Position numbers and translations under genes: made by a program. The notes beneath the pieces were generated by a model. The model searched no databases, was not told the DNA's origin, and saw only the letters and a program-made list of their open reading frames with translations. From Fistulifera solaris (taxonomy: Eukaryota), in contig AP026132.1 of NCBI GenBank assembly GCA_030295235.1, positions 62,001 through 126,000 on the forward strand: a stretch of DNA of 64,000 bases. Direction: 5' to 3'. Positions 1 through 11,716 of the stretch are shown piece by piece; the stretch's first letter is position 1, and the number at the start of each line of letters is the position of its first letter.

Positions 1-220
1 AGTCCTTCCCATCTAACAGTAAAGGGTCTTGGAGAAACAAATGTTCGTATAGCAGCATAAATGAGATTAAGAACCAAAATAATCGGCTGATAAGTCGATG
101 AAGCGGCCTGACGCGCTAAAATGACTCGAGGTTGTCGTGAGACACAAACGAGAGGAAGGATAATTACGTAAGAAAAGTTACCGTACCTGCGGCGGCCTTC
201 TTCGCAGCAGCTCCGGCCAT
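1..220 (-). CDS. TMEM208: TMEM208/SND2-family membrane protein, 5' part (exon1 220-187, intron 186-116, exon2 115-<1); runs off the window
   Basis: Manual splicing (GTACGG...TTTAG, 71 bp) gives MAGAAAKKAAAARQAASSTYQPIILVLNLIYAAIR, resembling the MAxxAAKK + hydrophobic N-terminus of TMEM208/SND2; not in the ORF track. Confidence 0.6.
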
Positions 221-360
221 GGTTTCTCAGCAACTAAAGATAAAACGATTCCTGTTAAATTGTTTATTGCTATTGTTTGCGAGACAGCTTACGAACATTG
301 CCGCAGAAAATGACAAATAATGCTTGGGTCCATCGTTCATATCGTCGGTGCGACGTAGTT

Positions 361-807
361 CATGACTGAAATGCAGTCGTGGATAATTGAGCTAACACAT
401 TTTGTATATTATAGTAATTGTTAAGGACTGCATTCCGCGAGCGTGTTTCGACGATAAAAACGGATGTACTGCACAAGAGTAATAGTATTATAGTTTTCGT
501 TGATTGCAGCTAAGAAAGAGAAAAATATAGATTGCAGCTAGCGCGAATAGCGTCATACATAAATGTTACTCATGACTGAAATTCAGTCGTGAAAAACGTC
601 GCCTACATTTTGAGCCTACAGTGAATATTGAAAACAACAATCTTCGAAGTAAGGAACCGAGGCGCGCAAGGAAAATGACACTGTAGATAATAATTTATGT
701 GAATAAGAGCAAATGGAGCTTGTGTTGTCTGCAGAATTAACCGAGGATAGGTTGCAGTTTGGTGCATAAAATTATTCCGTAAGACTTATGACTGAAACTC
801 AGTCGTG
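361..807. repeat. Three copies of palindromic motif CATGACTGAA-N3-CAGTCGTG (361, 571, 787), spaced 210/216 bp
   Basis: catgactgaaatgcagtcgtg, catgactgaaattcagtcgtg, tatgactgaaactcagtcgtg read directly. Confidence 0.85.
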
Positions 808-1014
808 GCAGATGTCGCTTCTTACAGTACATTTTTTTACGGACCGATAATAGACATCAGACATCACATATCACATCAGCGATCGGCAGCCTTTTTTCCA
901 CTAAACTAAAACAGAAGGATTTGTACAAGTAATTTATTAGTGCGTGGTAAATCGTTATGCATCTAATTTTTATGTTCATCGAATGCCTGTTTCAAAGAAA
1001 TGAAGCTCTAAGCT

Positions 1015-1620
1015 TCAACTGTATTCAGTTGAATCCAGATCTGGGAGGGCGATGCTGGAGACTACATCGAAGTTTGCGAAGCTGGGGCACTCTCGCAATT
1101 TTGACTGTCTTTTTTGATCAAAGGTTCTCTCCGGAGAGAGCTTAGGTCTACAATAGACCGGTGTCTTGTCCATCAATCGCCTGCGAGTAGGAGTTCTTCC
1201 TCTCGCCTCTATCCTGTTGGATGAAGAGAGGCTAAGATCATACTTGATATTATGCGACTTGTTCTCGGGCGGTGATAAAGTGATGCCGTGGTAGCGTTTC
1301 CTCACGTTCGTCAAATCGAAGTTAAGTACGAACGACAAGAGCTTACTGAGTTCTTCATGACATTGAGAAGCCGGTGTGCTCTCTTCTGTGGAGCGCTTCG
1401 GAGATACAGAACGTCTCGGGCAGACTGGTGGCTTATCGACAAATGGCTCGCCAATCAAAGACCATGCCCTCCTTTCGCTTCCTGTGTTCGGACAGCTTTT
1501 CCGAAGCGGTTCATCTGATCTGTGTTTTCGGGCTCCCGAATCGAATCGTTCTGGTCGAATCGGCTGATGATCTGCTGCGAAGGAATCGAAGCGACTCAAA
1601 TTCAAAGAGTGTCGATGCAT
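1015..1620 (-). CDS. Hypothetical low-complexity protein with repeated D-x-x-P-x-x-P-x-R motifs (paralog 1)
   Basis: 201-aa ORF; blocks SRFDSF.AD..PIRPERFD, FVD.PPVCPRRSVSP, DKTPVY.RP, LPDLDST are conserved with the 3264-3850 copy. Confidence 0.65.
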   Translation of the reverse strand: MHRHSLNLSRFDSFAADHQPIRPERFDSGARKHRSDEPLRKSCPNTGSERRAWSLIGEPFVDKPPVCPRRSVSPKRSTEESTPASQCHEELSKLLSFVLNFDLTNVRKRYHGITLSPPENKSHNIKYDLSLSSSNRIEARGRTPTRRRLMDKTPVYCRPKLSPERTFDQKRQSKLRECPSFANFDVVSSIALPDLDSTEYS

Positions 1621-3263
1621 TACAGACCTGATGAAACGAAATGAACGAACAGAAAGCTTTTTATGTGAAAGTTAGTCTGCAGACAACAAGAAGAAACACG
1701 AAAGGAAGATGTGGCGCTGAAATCTGATTCCTTTTTCAATGGTTCCTAAAATCTGAGAAATAGGATCGACGTACTTTTGCATCCTTTGGAGCCATCGCAT
1801 AATCCATCAATTAGCTGGTATTACCCATCACATTTTGCCCTCACCGTCCTTCTTGCCGTTTCTTTCCTATTTCGATGCTGGTTTTCTCGTTTCTTTCCTC
1901 TCCTCCATCTTGCATTGTACAATTGAGCATTGAGACTTATAAGATGAGAGCCAGAAACAGAAAACAAAAGTGCAACTGTATCATTCTCGCCACAAAGGAC
2001 ACGTCGTCAGTACTTGACATTCCGATCAAAAGAGACACTGCTTTCCGTTCTCACTCGTTTTGCTCGTAATCGACGCGCTCCTCCGAGACATTAAGATACC
2101 AGTAGTAAATTGGGATTCATGAGGCACTTTTTACCTCTTGTGAATCTCAGAATATGAATCTTGAATCTTTGTCATGAAGTGAAGAAGATCCAAAACGCAA
2201 CGCGGATCGATAACGCGGAGGAACACTTGGCGTCAAAAAGCAGCTGTGTGCGTGCTTGTCATGCGTCAATCTTCGTCACCCGTACCACATACAGACGTAG
2301 AGCGATGACGTCAATGGGTGTATGACGTATGACAGTAGGCCCATTGAAGAACATGAAAACATGAAGGATGCAACATGCATCACATTGGCACTTTGAGCCG
2401 AAGCGAACGAAGTTAAAAAAAAAACGCATGCAATCCATATTTTGATGAAAAGATTTGCTTGCGAGGAACAGAGACTAGGATACTCAGGCTTCGAGGCTTT
2501 GATGAGGGCGTTTTCGCTCCCTCGCTCATTTAAGCTCTGCGGGCTTTTTCGTCGTGGAAGATTTTTGTGAATCGTCAAAATGCTTACTTGAAACTTTTCA
2601 TGCCCCCGTGTTACAAACCGCAGTGAAAAAGTGAAAGCACCAAAACAGCACGTAGCCTTCTTACAGCAAGAAGCCTTCTATTTGCCTGTTACGAAATAAA
2701 TTTGGGGGTACACCGCACAATTAGCGCGTGATTTTTTGCAGTCTTTACCCAGAAAACAACATATGAGACGCGCTCGCCGTGTGCATGCAACTATTTACAA
2801 AGTATGATCACAGGAATGGAGTGAAGACTATCTCTGGCGATCAGAGAAGACTATGACTTTCATATAAGCGGATACATTGAAGCCATCACTTTCGATGCAA
2901 GCCCATCAGTCAACAATCTCTCTTTTGTAAAATACGGTCTCAATTATGAGTCAGATGCATGCCATGCGTTTGAGCTGTCGGTTCACTGTTTGACTTCTTA
3001 GTGATTCCGAGCAAGATCGGCCTAGAGTGGTGACGAAAGTGAGAACGAGGAAACTTCAGTCACGGACAGGACTGACTTTTTCCTTACGCAATCGTCCGAG
3101 CCGAACGCTTTCCGATGCATAACGCCTTCTTTTTCGGTTCAAGTCGACTCGGCCATGAAGCTGCAATAAGGTCGACTTTTCTCGATACCACCACACCCAA
3201 CAACACGATTCCTCTACGTGCCGCAAGAAAGTCTTGGAGATAACAAAACTTTACTATGATCAT

Positions 3264-3850
3264 TTAACTATTGTCAGTGGAGTCCAAATCTGGCAATGAG
3301 ATGTTGGAGTTATTTACACAACTGGGGGCCTTGTAAGAAATCGAGTGCCTCAGTGACTCGTTTCTTTTCTGTGGGGAGCGTGGAGGTCTGGAATACACCG
3401 GAGTCTTGTCGACGTTTTCCTGGCGCGTCGGTGCTCTTCCTCTCGTAGCTGACGACAAGTGTCTGAGATCTTGCACTTCCGTGTCGGTGTTTTTCTTAAT
3501 TTGCGTCAGTAGAGCGTTTTGAGTGCTGTCGTTGCTTAAGTTGCTCAAGTCCAGGCTGAGGACGAACGATACGATCTTGCCAATTTCTTCCAGGAAGTGG
3601 GACGAGTGTTTCGTGTCTGTCGTTCTTTTGGAGAAACAGAACGTCTCGGGCAGACGGGTGGTTCATCCACAAATGGTTCGCGAAAACGAGACCATTCTCT
3701 CGTATCGCATAGCGTCGTCAACGAAATATGTTTACACAGCGTGTCTGGTTTTGCTTTTCGGGTTTTAGGATCGAATCGCTCGGGTCGAATGGGCCGACGA
3801 TCCGCCCCGAATGAGTCAAAGCGACTTGCTTGAGAAGGATGGCGGTGCAT
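3264..3850 (-). CDS. Hypothetical D-x-x-P-x-x-P-x-R protein (paralog 2), split by a frameshift
   Basis: ORFs 3545-3850 and 3264-3548 together align end-to-end with 1015-1620. Confidence 0.6.
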
Positions 3851-4934
3851 CTCAAAATTGTTCTGTGAAAGAGGGTATCGAGAATCAAATGCAATTCTAC
3901 GACAATTCGTAGGCGTTCAAGGACGCAGATGAGCAAATCGTTGCGAGTAGGAACAATTTAAAACTGAGAATGTTCTTGCAGTCGAGAACAAAAAGGGATG
4001 ATAACAAATTTAGTCTTTACACGAGGTATGGAGCAGACATCCATCATGCACATCACGTTCGCGCTTTGTTCTTCGTTCTTCTAGTTGGTGATGGCTGATA
4101 GCCAACCGTTGGCATTTGGCATCTGGTTTCGGCCAATAGTTTTCAAGGATCAGGGATCTTTTGTCCAGTGTCCAAAGTCCAAAGCAGCTTCGACTACAGC
4201 TTACAAGATACTATCAATAAGAACATACTTGCCATCTTGCCATCTTGTACGGAATACAGAGTAGTACTGAGTACCTGGTACTGCCCAATCTCAATGCCCG
4301 ATGCCCAATGCCCAGTCCCAGTCTCCATTTGGATTTGGATTATGGATTATGGATTCCCGGTAATGTCTTATTGTTTTATACTCAATCTTCAAATAATGAC
4401 CGGAACAATTTAAGTTGAAGTTGTAGTCCTTTGTCCTTCAAACATAAACGTTAAAGTTGAAGCGGAGTGTAGCAAATTAAGGAACGAAATGACTTTTTTG
4501 CTCATAGTCCATCGGCAAGAGGCCCAAGTAAACGGCAACAAGCAGACATCGAACTGCCCCACGCAATTTTTTTCTTCAAAACCAGCTGGACATCGGTTCT
4601 CTACGTATTTTGCGCGTAGTGTCTTATGGTTTTCTAAAATGGGAGTTTGGCGGAAATGGTGGAAAACAATCTTTCGTTTGCTGATAGTAAATTGTATAAT
4701 GGCCAAACTGTATCTGAAATCTGAATCTTCATAGCGGCGTATCTTTTTTATTAGGAACCAGGAACCATTGTGAATCTCAAAGATCCTGAATCTCAAGAGG
4801 AAGTTCGAATCTATTCGGTTTACCAGGTACAGCGATCGGAACATTCTATCTTTAAATTCCGATGGCTGAATTCTAAACGACAAAGCTCCCGCAGTTTCCT
4901 GCGAACTACGAAAGCAAGAAGGTAGCCTAAACTT

Positions 4935-5236
4935 GCTACCATCTCGAGAGAGCCGAAAAAGAAGGAGAAGACGTTCCATATTGTTCGCTTTCCCTCTTTA
5001 CGGGAGAAGTTGAGCAAAACCGTGTTTTCATTGTCAATGGCACTTCAAGAGATAAGTCTCTGTCAATTTTGAGAAGAAAAGCAAGACAATTTGTTAGCGC
5101 AGACTGGCTACCATCGAGAGACGAGAGAGAGGGCCGTAAAAGAAGAAGATACGTTCCATGTGTTTGCTGTTTCTCTTTAAACTGAGCAAAACCATGTGTT
5201 CATTATTAGTGGCACCTCAGAGGACAGGTCTCTGTC
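4935..5236. repeat. Imperfect direct duplication of ~130 bp (4935-5065 vs 5107-5236)
   Basis: Shared blocks ctaccatc..gagag..gccg.aaa.gaag..ga.acgttccat, tgagcaaaacc.tgt, tggcac.tca.gag.a.gtctctgtc. Confidence 0.65.
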
Positions 5237-6011
5237 GCATGACTCCAGATTTTAAGGTTGGGAAGTGAATGACTAATGAATCGCGAACGATCTAAGGATA
5301 GTTATTCTTGTTTCAATTTTTCTTTTCATCACTACGCTCAGCGGTGTCTTGATGAACGCATTAGTACAAAGCAATTTGGAAAAGTTGGATCAATCCGCAA
5401 GCGAGATGCGAGAAAGAAAGATATAGACTCGTGACTGAAATCCAGTCTTGGAGAAGACGGACAACACTTTGTAGCTATAGTAAAAAATTGCGGGTCGTCC
5501 TAACGAGTTTTTGACGTCAATAATAAAGGTTGCAATTCAAAATACAGCTATGAAAGTGTCAACAAATATTTGTTTGTTTGAATCAGATGGATTAGAAGTT
5601 AACAAAAGACGAGAATGTAATAGCATCTTTTTATGGCACTCCCTATAATCATAGGACTGGGGTGCGGGTATGAGGTAAGGTTATGAAACGATAATAATTT
5701 CCGGGTCATTTCTTATCTTCCTAAAGGTTACGAGGCCTGTACGCCTGTACGTAGCATTCGCGTAGAGGAAAGAGGCAATAAAAACGCCACGCGGTTTCCG
5801 CCGCGCCGTTCCAAACACTACTTCACGTCGATCTTGTTTTTTTTATTTTCGGCATTCTCATCTTTTGATGATAGAGAACAATATTCTCTTCGCTTGTTAC
5901 TTTTTTGTGAACGGATAAAGACGAAATCGTTCACTTTTATTCCATATTGTTTGCTTTTATTGTATGATTGGACGATTCTTTCCGCAACAGCGTTGTTTTC
6001 GTGTCCAGAGA

Positions 6012-7993
6012 ATGCACATTGCCCGATCACTCGTGACGACTTCCGCCTTGTTTCTCTTTCCTACTACGACTCCTCCCTGTCACGCATTTTCAATTCCAAG
6101 TGTCAATTCTTCTTCCTCGAGTCGCAGTAGTGTCGTCAAAATGAGTTCTACAGCAACAACGACCGACACGGCTGTCGAACAACCATTCTTTTCCTCCTTA
6201 CATGACATTCAAACCACTTTACAGAATTCGTGGCCGCGGCAATTGAATGCAGAAACACCGGACAATCTTCAAAAATCACGTCAATTGGAACGTTTGTCGG
6301 AAGAAGATGACAATCGTCGCAAACGTCCCGTTTTCAATGGACATTATGTGTTGGTGAAACCGACTGGATTGCCTGATGCACGTCTGATCTTGACCTCCGA
6401 ATCGTTGGCGACCGAAACCTTGCATCTCGATCCGCAATTCTTGAAAGAAGATGACTTTGTGCAATTCGTGGCCGGTAATACGGTATTGGCCGAAACCTGG
6501 GCCACGCCGTACGCACTCAGTATTATGGGACAACGGTATACGAACAATTGTCCGTACGGAACCGGCAATGGATACGGCGATGGTCGGGCGATCAGTATTG
6601 CCGAATTTGCCGGTCAAGAATTGCAATTGAAAGGAGCCGGCACGACACCCTTTCATCGGGGAGCGGATGGACGTGCCGTCTTGCGTTCGTCGATTCGAGA
6701 ATTCTTGGCCAGTGAAGCCATGTTTGCGTTGGGCGTGTCAACGACCCGGGCACTCAGTTTAGTGGTCAGTGAGAGTTTGACGGTACAACGACCGTGGTAT
6801 TCCGACAATGCCGTCTTGCAGTTGCCGGCCCTGGATGATCCCCGCTTGGCGAAATATTCACCGGAAGAAAAACAGGCTCTCTTGCAACAATTGCGTCATC
6901 AACAAAAGGCCGATCCCAACATTTTACAAAGTGAACCGTGTGCCATCACGTGTCGAGTCGCGCCCAGTTTTTTGCGCATTGGGCATTTGGATCTCATGGC
7001 GCGGCGGGTGCGAGCGGAAGTTGTGCGGGGCAAAAAGAACTTTGTGGAAAAGTCGTTGGTGCAACAAGAATTGGAGCAATTGATTTGGCATGCTTGTTAC
7101 CGAGAGTTTAAGAGCACTGCGTACGATCCTTTCATTGAGTCGAACGATTTACAATCGGCCGCCCGTGTGTTGTTGGAACAATCGCGACAAAACATTGCCA
7201 CCATGGTCGCGGATTGGATTCGGGTGGGCTTTGCGCAAGGCAATTTCAATGCCGACAATTGTTTGGTAGCCGGACGAACGATGGATTATGGACCTTTCGG
7301 ATGGATGGACGAATACCATCCGTTGTTTGCCAAATGGACCGGTAGTGGAACGCATTTTGGTTTTATGAATCAACCGAATGCGGCGTTAGCGAATTATCAG
7401 GTGCTAGTCGAAAGTGTACAAGCCGCATTGGACGAAGACGAGGATTTTGTCGATAGTTTCGTGCAGCCAGATGTATTCCAGCAAGCGCTGGATCGCATGT
7501 TTCGAACGAAATTGGGTTTTTCGGAGGATGCCGATGTTGCCGATGATTTGTGGGAATCGTTGGAGCCAATGTTGCGCAAATCACGGACGGACTGGACATT
7601 GTTTTGGAGAGAATTGACGTACTTGGCGAACGATAACACATTTCACAATAAGACACCTTCCGAACTGATGGAACGTTTTCTTTCCAGTCCGACCATCCCA
7701 GACGATCGTAGTATCTTTTCGGGAAAGACGCAGTTGTGGCAGTTAATACAACGTCCGACAGTTTGAAACGAATGTATCATGTGAATCCGAAATACGTCTT
7801 GCGCGAATGGATGTTAGTGAATGCTTACGAAAAGGCGTCGCGAGGGGATGAAACTGAATTGCACCGTTTGTATTCATTGATTCAACATCCGTATGACGAA
7901 GGAACTACCGAAGAACAAGAACAGTATTATCGAAAAGCGCCGTTGGAAGTATTAACGAAAGGCGGTACCGGTTTCATGAGCTGATCCAGTTAA
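6012..7993 (+). CDS. SELENOO: Selenoprotein O (SelO/YdiU AMPylase pseudokinase); frameshift near 7700-7740; C-terminal Sec at UGA 7982-7984
   Basis: YGDGRAI, ELQLKGAGxTPF, ADGRAVLRSSIREFLASEAM, GFxQGNFNADN, DYGPFG, NPKYVLREW; ends GFMS-TGA-SS-TAA like SelO U-S-S; presequence MHIARSL...CHA-F. Confidence 0.92.
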
Positions 7994-8157
7994 GAGTCTT
8001 TTTCCGTCAAGTGCGGATGTGTGTTTGTTGTAATGGGATGTGTTGTATTGAAATAGCAAAACACGCACGCACAGATCGAAAAGACGCGAATACAAATGAT
8101 GACAAAAGCTTTGGGCAACAATGCTCTTGTGTTATACGGAGTACATGAAACGCAAGA

Positions 8158-8216
8158 TAAACCGGCGAATGACAATAATTGCATGCATGTCATGGAATTG
8201 TTTGAGCAGCCGATTT
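8158..8216 (+). promoter_or_regulatory. SECIS-like element in the SelO 3' UTR
   Basis: AAAcCGGC..AUGAC-[AAUAAUUGCAUG]-CAUGU-[CAUGGAAUUGUU]-UGAG..GCCGaUUU: UGA/GA core, ~12-bp helix II, helix I; ~165 nt after the stop. Confidence 0.7.
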
Positions 8217-8329
8217 GGATTCCCTTGCAAGTTGGAATGGATTATTTTTTTATTATAGACTTCTTATTTTCATTAAAACCCTTAAAGTATGATGCTGTTG
8301 AGTCAATCATTATTATTTCATTGCGCGTT

Positions 8330-8495
8330 CGGTGTTTTAACGTCTCTAGAAAATATGGGTGTTTGCTGTTTTCACGTGACTAGAAAATTTGGGCGAATTG
8401 TAGGTTCTGGTGTTTGGTGTTTTCACATCTCCAGAAAATAGGGGTGTGTGATGTTTTCACGTCTCCAGAAAATCTGGGGTTGTGGTGGTTTAACG
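8330..8495. repeat. Degenerate ~36-40-bp minisatellite (gtgttttcacgtctccagaaaat..gggg), 4-5 units
   Basis: Recurring tgttttcac/aacgtct.cagaaaat units read directly. Confidence 0.75.
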
Positions 8496-9037
8496 CTTTA
8501 GCTCTACCTTCTACAAGTACAAGTACCTAGCTACAAAGCACAGAACACAGAACCGCAGGAGGTTTAGGTCACTCCCGCATCCCGCATCATAGTTGGCCAG
8601 TCTTTTCTTCCTCTTTCCTTGTGTCTTGTGTACCGGTACCGGTACTCTTTCTCTACACAACGGAAAGCTTTGGGCCGATTGCTCTCAGAAATAAAGTAGA
8701 AATGGATTTTATAATTATTAACACGATCTCTGCAGGTGAGCGAGAAAATGGGGGCCAAAAAGTCTTTTTTCGTGACTGCGCGTGCCTTTTTCGAAACAGC
8801 AGCCAACGACGAAGCCTCATTTCGCTGCAAGTGAAAAAGAGATTATACATTCCTTGCTCCTTCATTTCCTTTTGTTGCTATCAATCGTTGCTTAATCAAA
8901 ACAAGCCAAGTTAAAAGAGAGACCTTGAAAAGCACATCCTTCCATTTTCATTTCTGAATTATAATTGAAAAAGAATTATCGGAGAAGGCGCCACAAAGAA
9001 TTTTTTTGTTAGTTCCTTCAAAAGTTTATTTTCCGCA

Positions 9038-11530
9038 ATGCCCCGCCGCAGTCGTCGTGCCGTTTACGATCCTACAATCGAAAATGATCAACTGATGAAA
9101 ACAACGTTGTTTCGAGATGATCCTTTAGCGATCAATGCGGATCCCGAAGATGACATTCGTCAATGGAGTAACGCTTCTTCTTCTGCTGCGGTGATTTCGA
9201 AACGTAAATGGTGTTACATCGTTTCCGCCATCACTACCATCGTGCTCATGGTGGTCGTAGGTGTCGCAGTGCGCAACAATAACAGCAGCAGCGGAAGCAG
9301 TAACACGACAGTCAGCAGTAACAGTAATTCCGGCAACACTGCACCTGTTGCCGCACCGGCTTCCGGTCAAGTTCCTCTGTTGGATCCGCCCATTGCAACT
9401 TTATCGCAGCTCTGTTCTCGTGACCGCGTTCAACAAGCCGATAAACGAGGTCTCTGTGAAGCGGAATGTGCCAAGGCGGCATGTTGTGCTCTCAATTGTG
9501 ATACGGGTGCGAACGTCGCGACGTGTCAAGCGTACGACAAAATTTGTGAAATATTGCTACTGACGGAAATCGTGCCCACCGAGGAAGGTTTAACGATGCC
9601 GCCTGACAATTTGTCACAAGTCTGTGCCTTAGATCAGTTGATGAGTTTACAAGGCTATCAAACCTGTGAAACCATGTGTCAAGTGGCCTCGTGCTGTCAT
9701 TTGCCCATGAGTGATCCGACGAGCTGCAATGTTCCGTATCACACCGAGTGTCTCGCCTATCATTCGGTGTGTGGTGTTCTAGAACACGTGTCGGCACCGG
9801 AACAGAGTACAGCCAAAGAACTCGATTTGCCGTCAGAGGAAATTGCCGTGTGGTGTGCTCTCGAAAATTTGCAAACACTCGAAGGGTACGAAACGTGTCG
9901 CAAGGCGTGTGAACCGGCCAGTTGTTGTACGGCGACACAAGAATCATCGCAAGTAAACTGTTTTCAAGAATACGCGTACGAATGTGACGCCTACGCAGAG
10001 CCCTGTGGTGCATTGTTGCGCGTGGTGCCTCACCCTCCGGACAATTTGCCCGCTCTCTGTGGCGTCGATCAATTGCAAACGGTAGCCGGCTACGAAACCT
10101 GTGAAGACATCTGTGCACGAGCCACGTGTTGTCACGAGGGAATGCAGTTGTCGTGTGCGACCGATCCGTTGTGTATGGAATATCAAGGACCGTGTAGTAT
10201 TTTAGAGACGGCCGTCAAGCCCAGTACGGCGGAAACACCCGTGGCGGCCAATCAAGGAGTGAGTTCGAACCGCATGCATCCGCCTCCGTCGTATATTTCG
10301 GAACAGTGTACGAAAGAAAATATTGCAGCTTCGAACGAAGGACGTCAACGATGTTCCGACATTTGTGTCGAAGCTCTTTGTTGCAATTATCCGAGCAATT
10401 TGCCAGAATTGTCTTGTTTGGCCGGCAATGAAGATGTATGTGCCGAATATTTTTCGTACTGTTCCCTGTTGGATGGAGCCTCGAGTGGAGATGATGCAGA
10501 AAGTCCAATGAAACCACCATCGGAGTGGACGAACGAATACTCTGTTACCGATATTTACACGGCTTGTGCGGACTTGAGCACTCCCGATGGTATTCAACAA
10601 TGTCATGATGTGTGCTCTGAAGCTCGCTGTTGTTACTCGACGGGTACCGATAGTTGCATAGACGACGAGCGCTGCGATGATTTTGATATGTGCTTCAACT
10701 ACAAGGCATTGTCTTACATTCATGAGGATATACCCACCTTGATTGCGAATAATTGTGCGGATCTGGAGAGCTTGGAAGGACTTGAATTATGTGAGGCTTC
10801 TTGTGAACAAGCCGTGTGCTGCTTTGCGGAAGGTGACGCATTGGATTGTGAAGGACTTGATCTGACTTTTTGCAGTCAATATGCCGCGTGTGAAGTCCTG
10901 GTTCGAGAGAACCCGGGTGATCCGGATCAAATGCCCGATCTTATTGGAAAGAATTGTGATGATTTAGTGACTTTGACGGGAATTCAAGTGTGTCAGGCCT
11001 TGTGTGAACCGGCGGTCTGCTGTTACACAAACGACAATACAATTGATTGCCAGGAAGAGGATTTAAATGTTTGCGGATTCGGATACCAAGAATGCGAGAA
11101 CTTGTTTGATTTAGCAGTGGAGGACCGGTATCGAATATCTAACCTGGTTGAACAAAATTGTGCTGATTTGGTGAGCCTGGAAGGTCGCGAATTGTGTGAG
11201 GCCTCTTGCAAGCCGGCCATCTGCTGCTTTGTAGATGGCGCTACAAATGATTGTGAGGGTCGAAGACTGAGTTATTGTGGTCAATATCAAGCATGTGCAG
11301 CCTTCTTTGAAAATGACGAGTTTGGTGAAGATGAGAATGATGTTATCACTGTTCCTGACAACGAGCCCTCACGCGAGCAAATTGAACTGGCGTGTCAAAT
11401 TTCCAACTTGAACTACGAAGCTTGTTTGACTCTTTGCGACAAGGGACGATGTTGTTGGAACAGTGACGAAACCATTTGTTCCAGCGGAATAGATTGTTCG
11501 ACGTATGATTCATGTGCTATTTTGGTGTGA
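9038..11530 (+). CDS. Type II membrane protein with ~10 cysteine-rich repeats (C...C..A.CC)
   Basis: 830-aa ORF, N-terminal TM (WCYIVSAITTIVLMVVVGVAV), ten CxxxCxxAxCC modules. Confidence 0.88.
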   Translation: MPRRSRRAVYDPTIENDQLMKTTLFRDDPLAINADPEDDIRQWSNASSSAAVISKRKWCYIVSAITTIVLMVVVGVAVRNNNSSSGSSNTTVSSNSNSGNTAPVAAPASGQVPLLDPPIATLSQLCSRDRVQQADKRGLCEAECAKAACCALNCDTGANVATCQAYDKICEILLLTEIVPTEEGLTMPPDNLSQVCALDQLMSLQGYQTCETMCQVASCCHLPMSDPTSCNVPYHTECLAYHSVCGVLEHVSAPEQSTAKELDLPSEEIAVWCALENLQTLEGYETCRKACEPASCCTATQESSQVNCFQEYAYECDAYAEPCGALLRVVPHPPDNLPALCGVDQLQTVAGYETCEDICARATCCHEGMQLSCATDPLCMEYQGPCSILETAVKPSTAETPVAANQGVSSNRMHPPPSYISEQCTKENIAASNEGRQRCSDICVEALCCNYPSNLPELSCLAGNEDVCAEYFSYCSLLDGASSGDDAESPMKPPSEWTNEYSVTDIYTACADLSTPDGIQQCHDVCSEARCCYSTGTDSCIDDERCDDFDMCFNYKALSYIHEDIPTLIANNCADLESLEGLELCEASCEQAVCCFAEGDALDCEGLDLTFCSQYAACEVLVRENPGDPDQMPDLIGKNCDDLVTLTGIQVCQALCEPAVCCYTNDNTIDCQEEDLNVCGFGYQECENLFDLAVEDRYRISNLVEQNCADLVSLEGRELCEASCKPAICCFVDGATNDCEGRRLSYCGQYQACAAFFENDEFGEDENDVITVPDNEPSREQIELACQISNLNYEACLTLCDKGRCCWNSDETICSSGIDCSTYDSCAILV

Positions 11531-11716
11531 GCAAACTCAAAGAAACAACACGAACTTTTCAAGATCAGATGATGCATAAGGCAAATAATTTCACTGAAAA
11601 CTTTTGTCTAATTTTGTTTACTCGTTTAACATGACAAGAGGGGGAGCGTCGAAGCGTACCGTACCGTTTAAAAAGCACGAGTTGCTTTTCTTTCTTATCC
11701 GATATTTCCGTTCCTG

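Noticed and set aside
4410..4979. 189-aa ORF
   Set aside because: No motif, atypical composition, overlaps a degenerate duplication; could be TE debris but unsupported
7700..7745. Intron or programmed frameshift joining the two SelO ORFs
   Set aside because: Available GT-AG spans are too short and no clear slippery site plus stimulator is seen; an indel/deletion error is simpler
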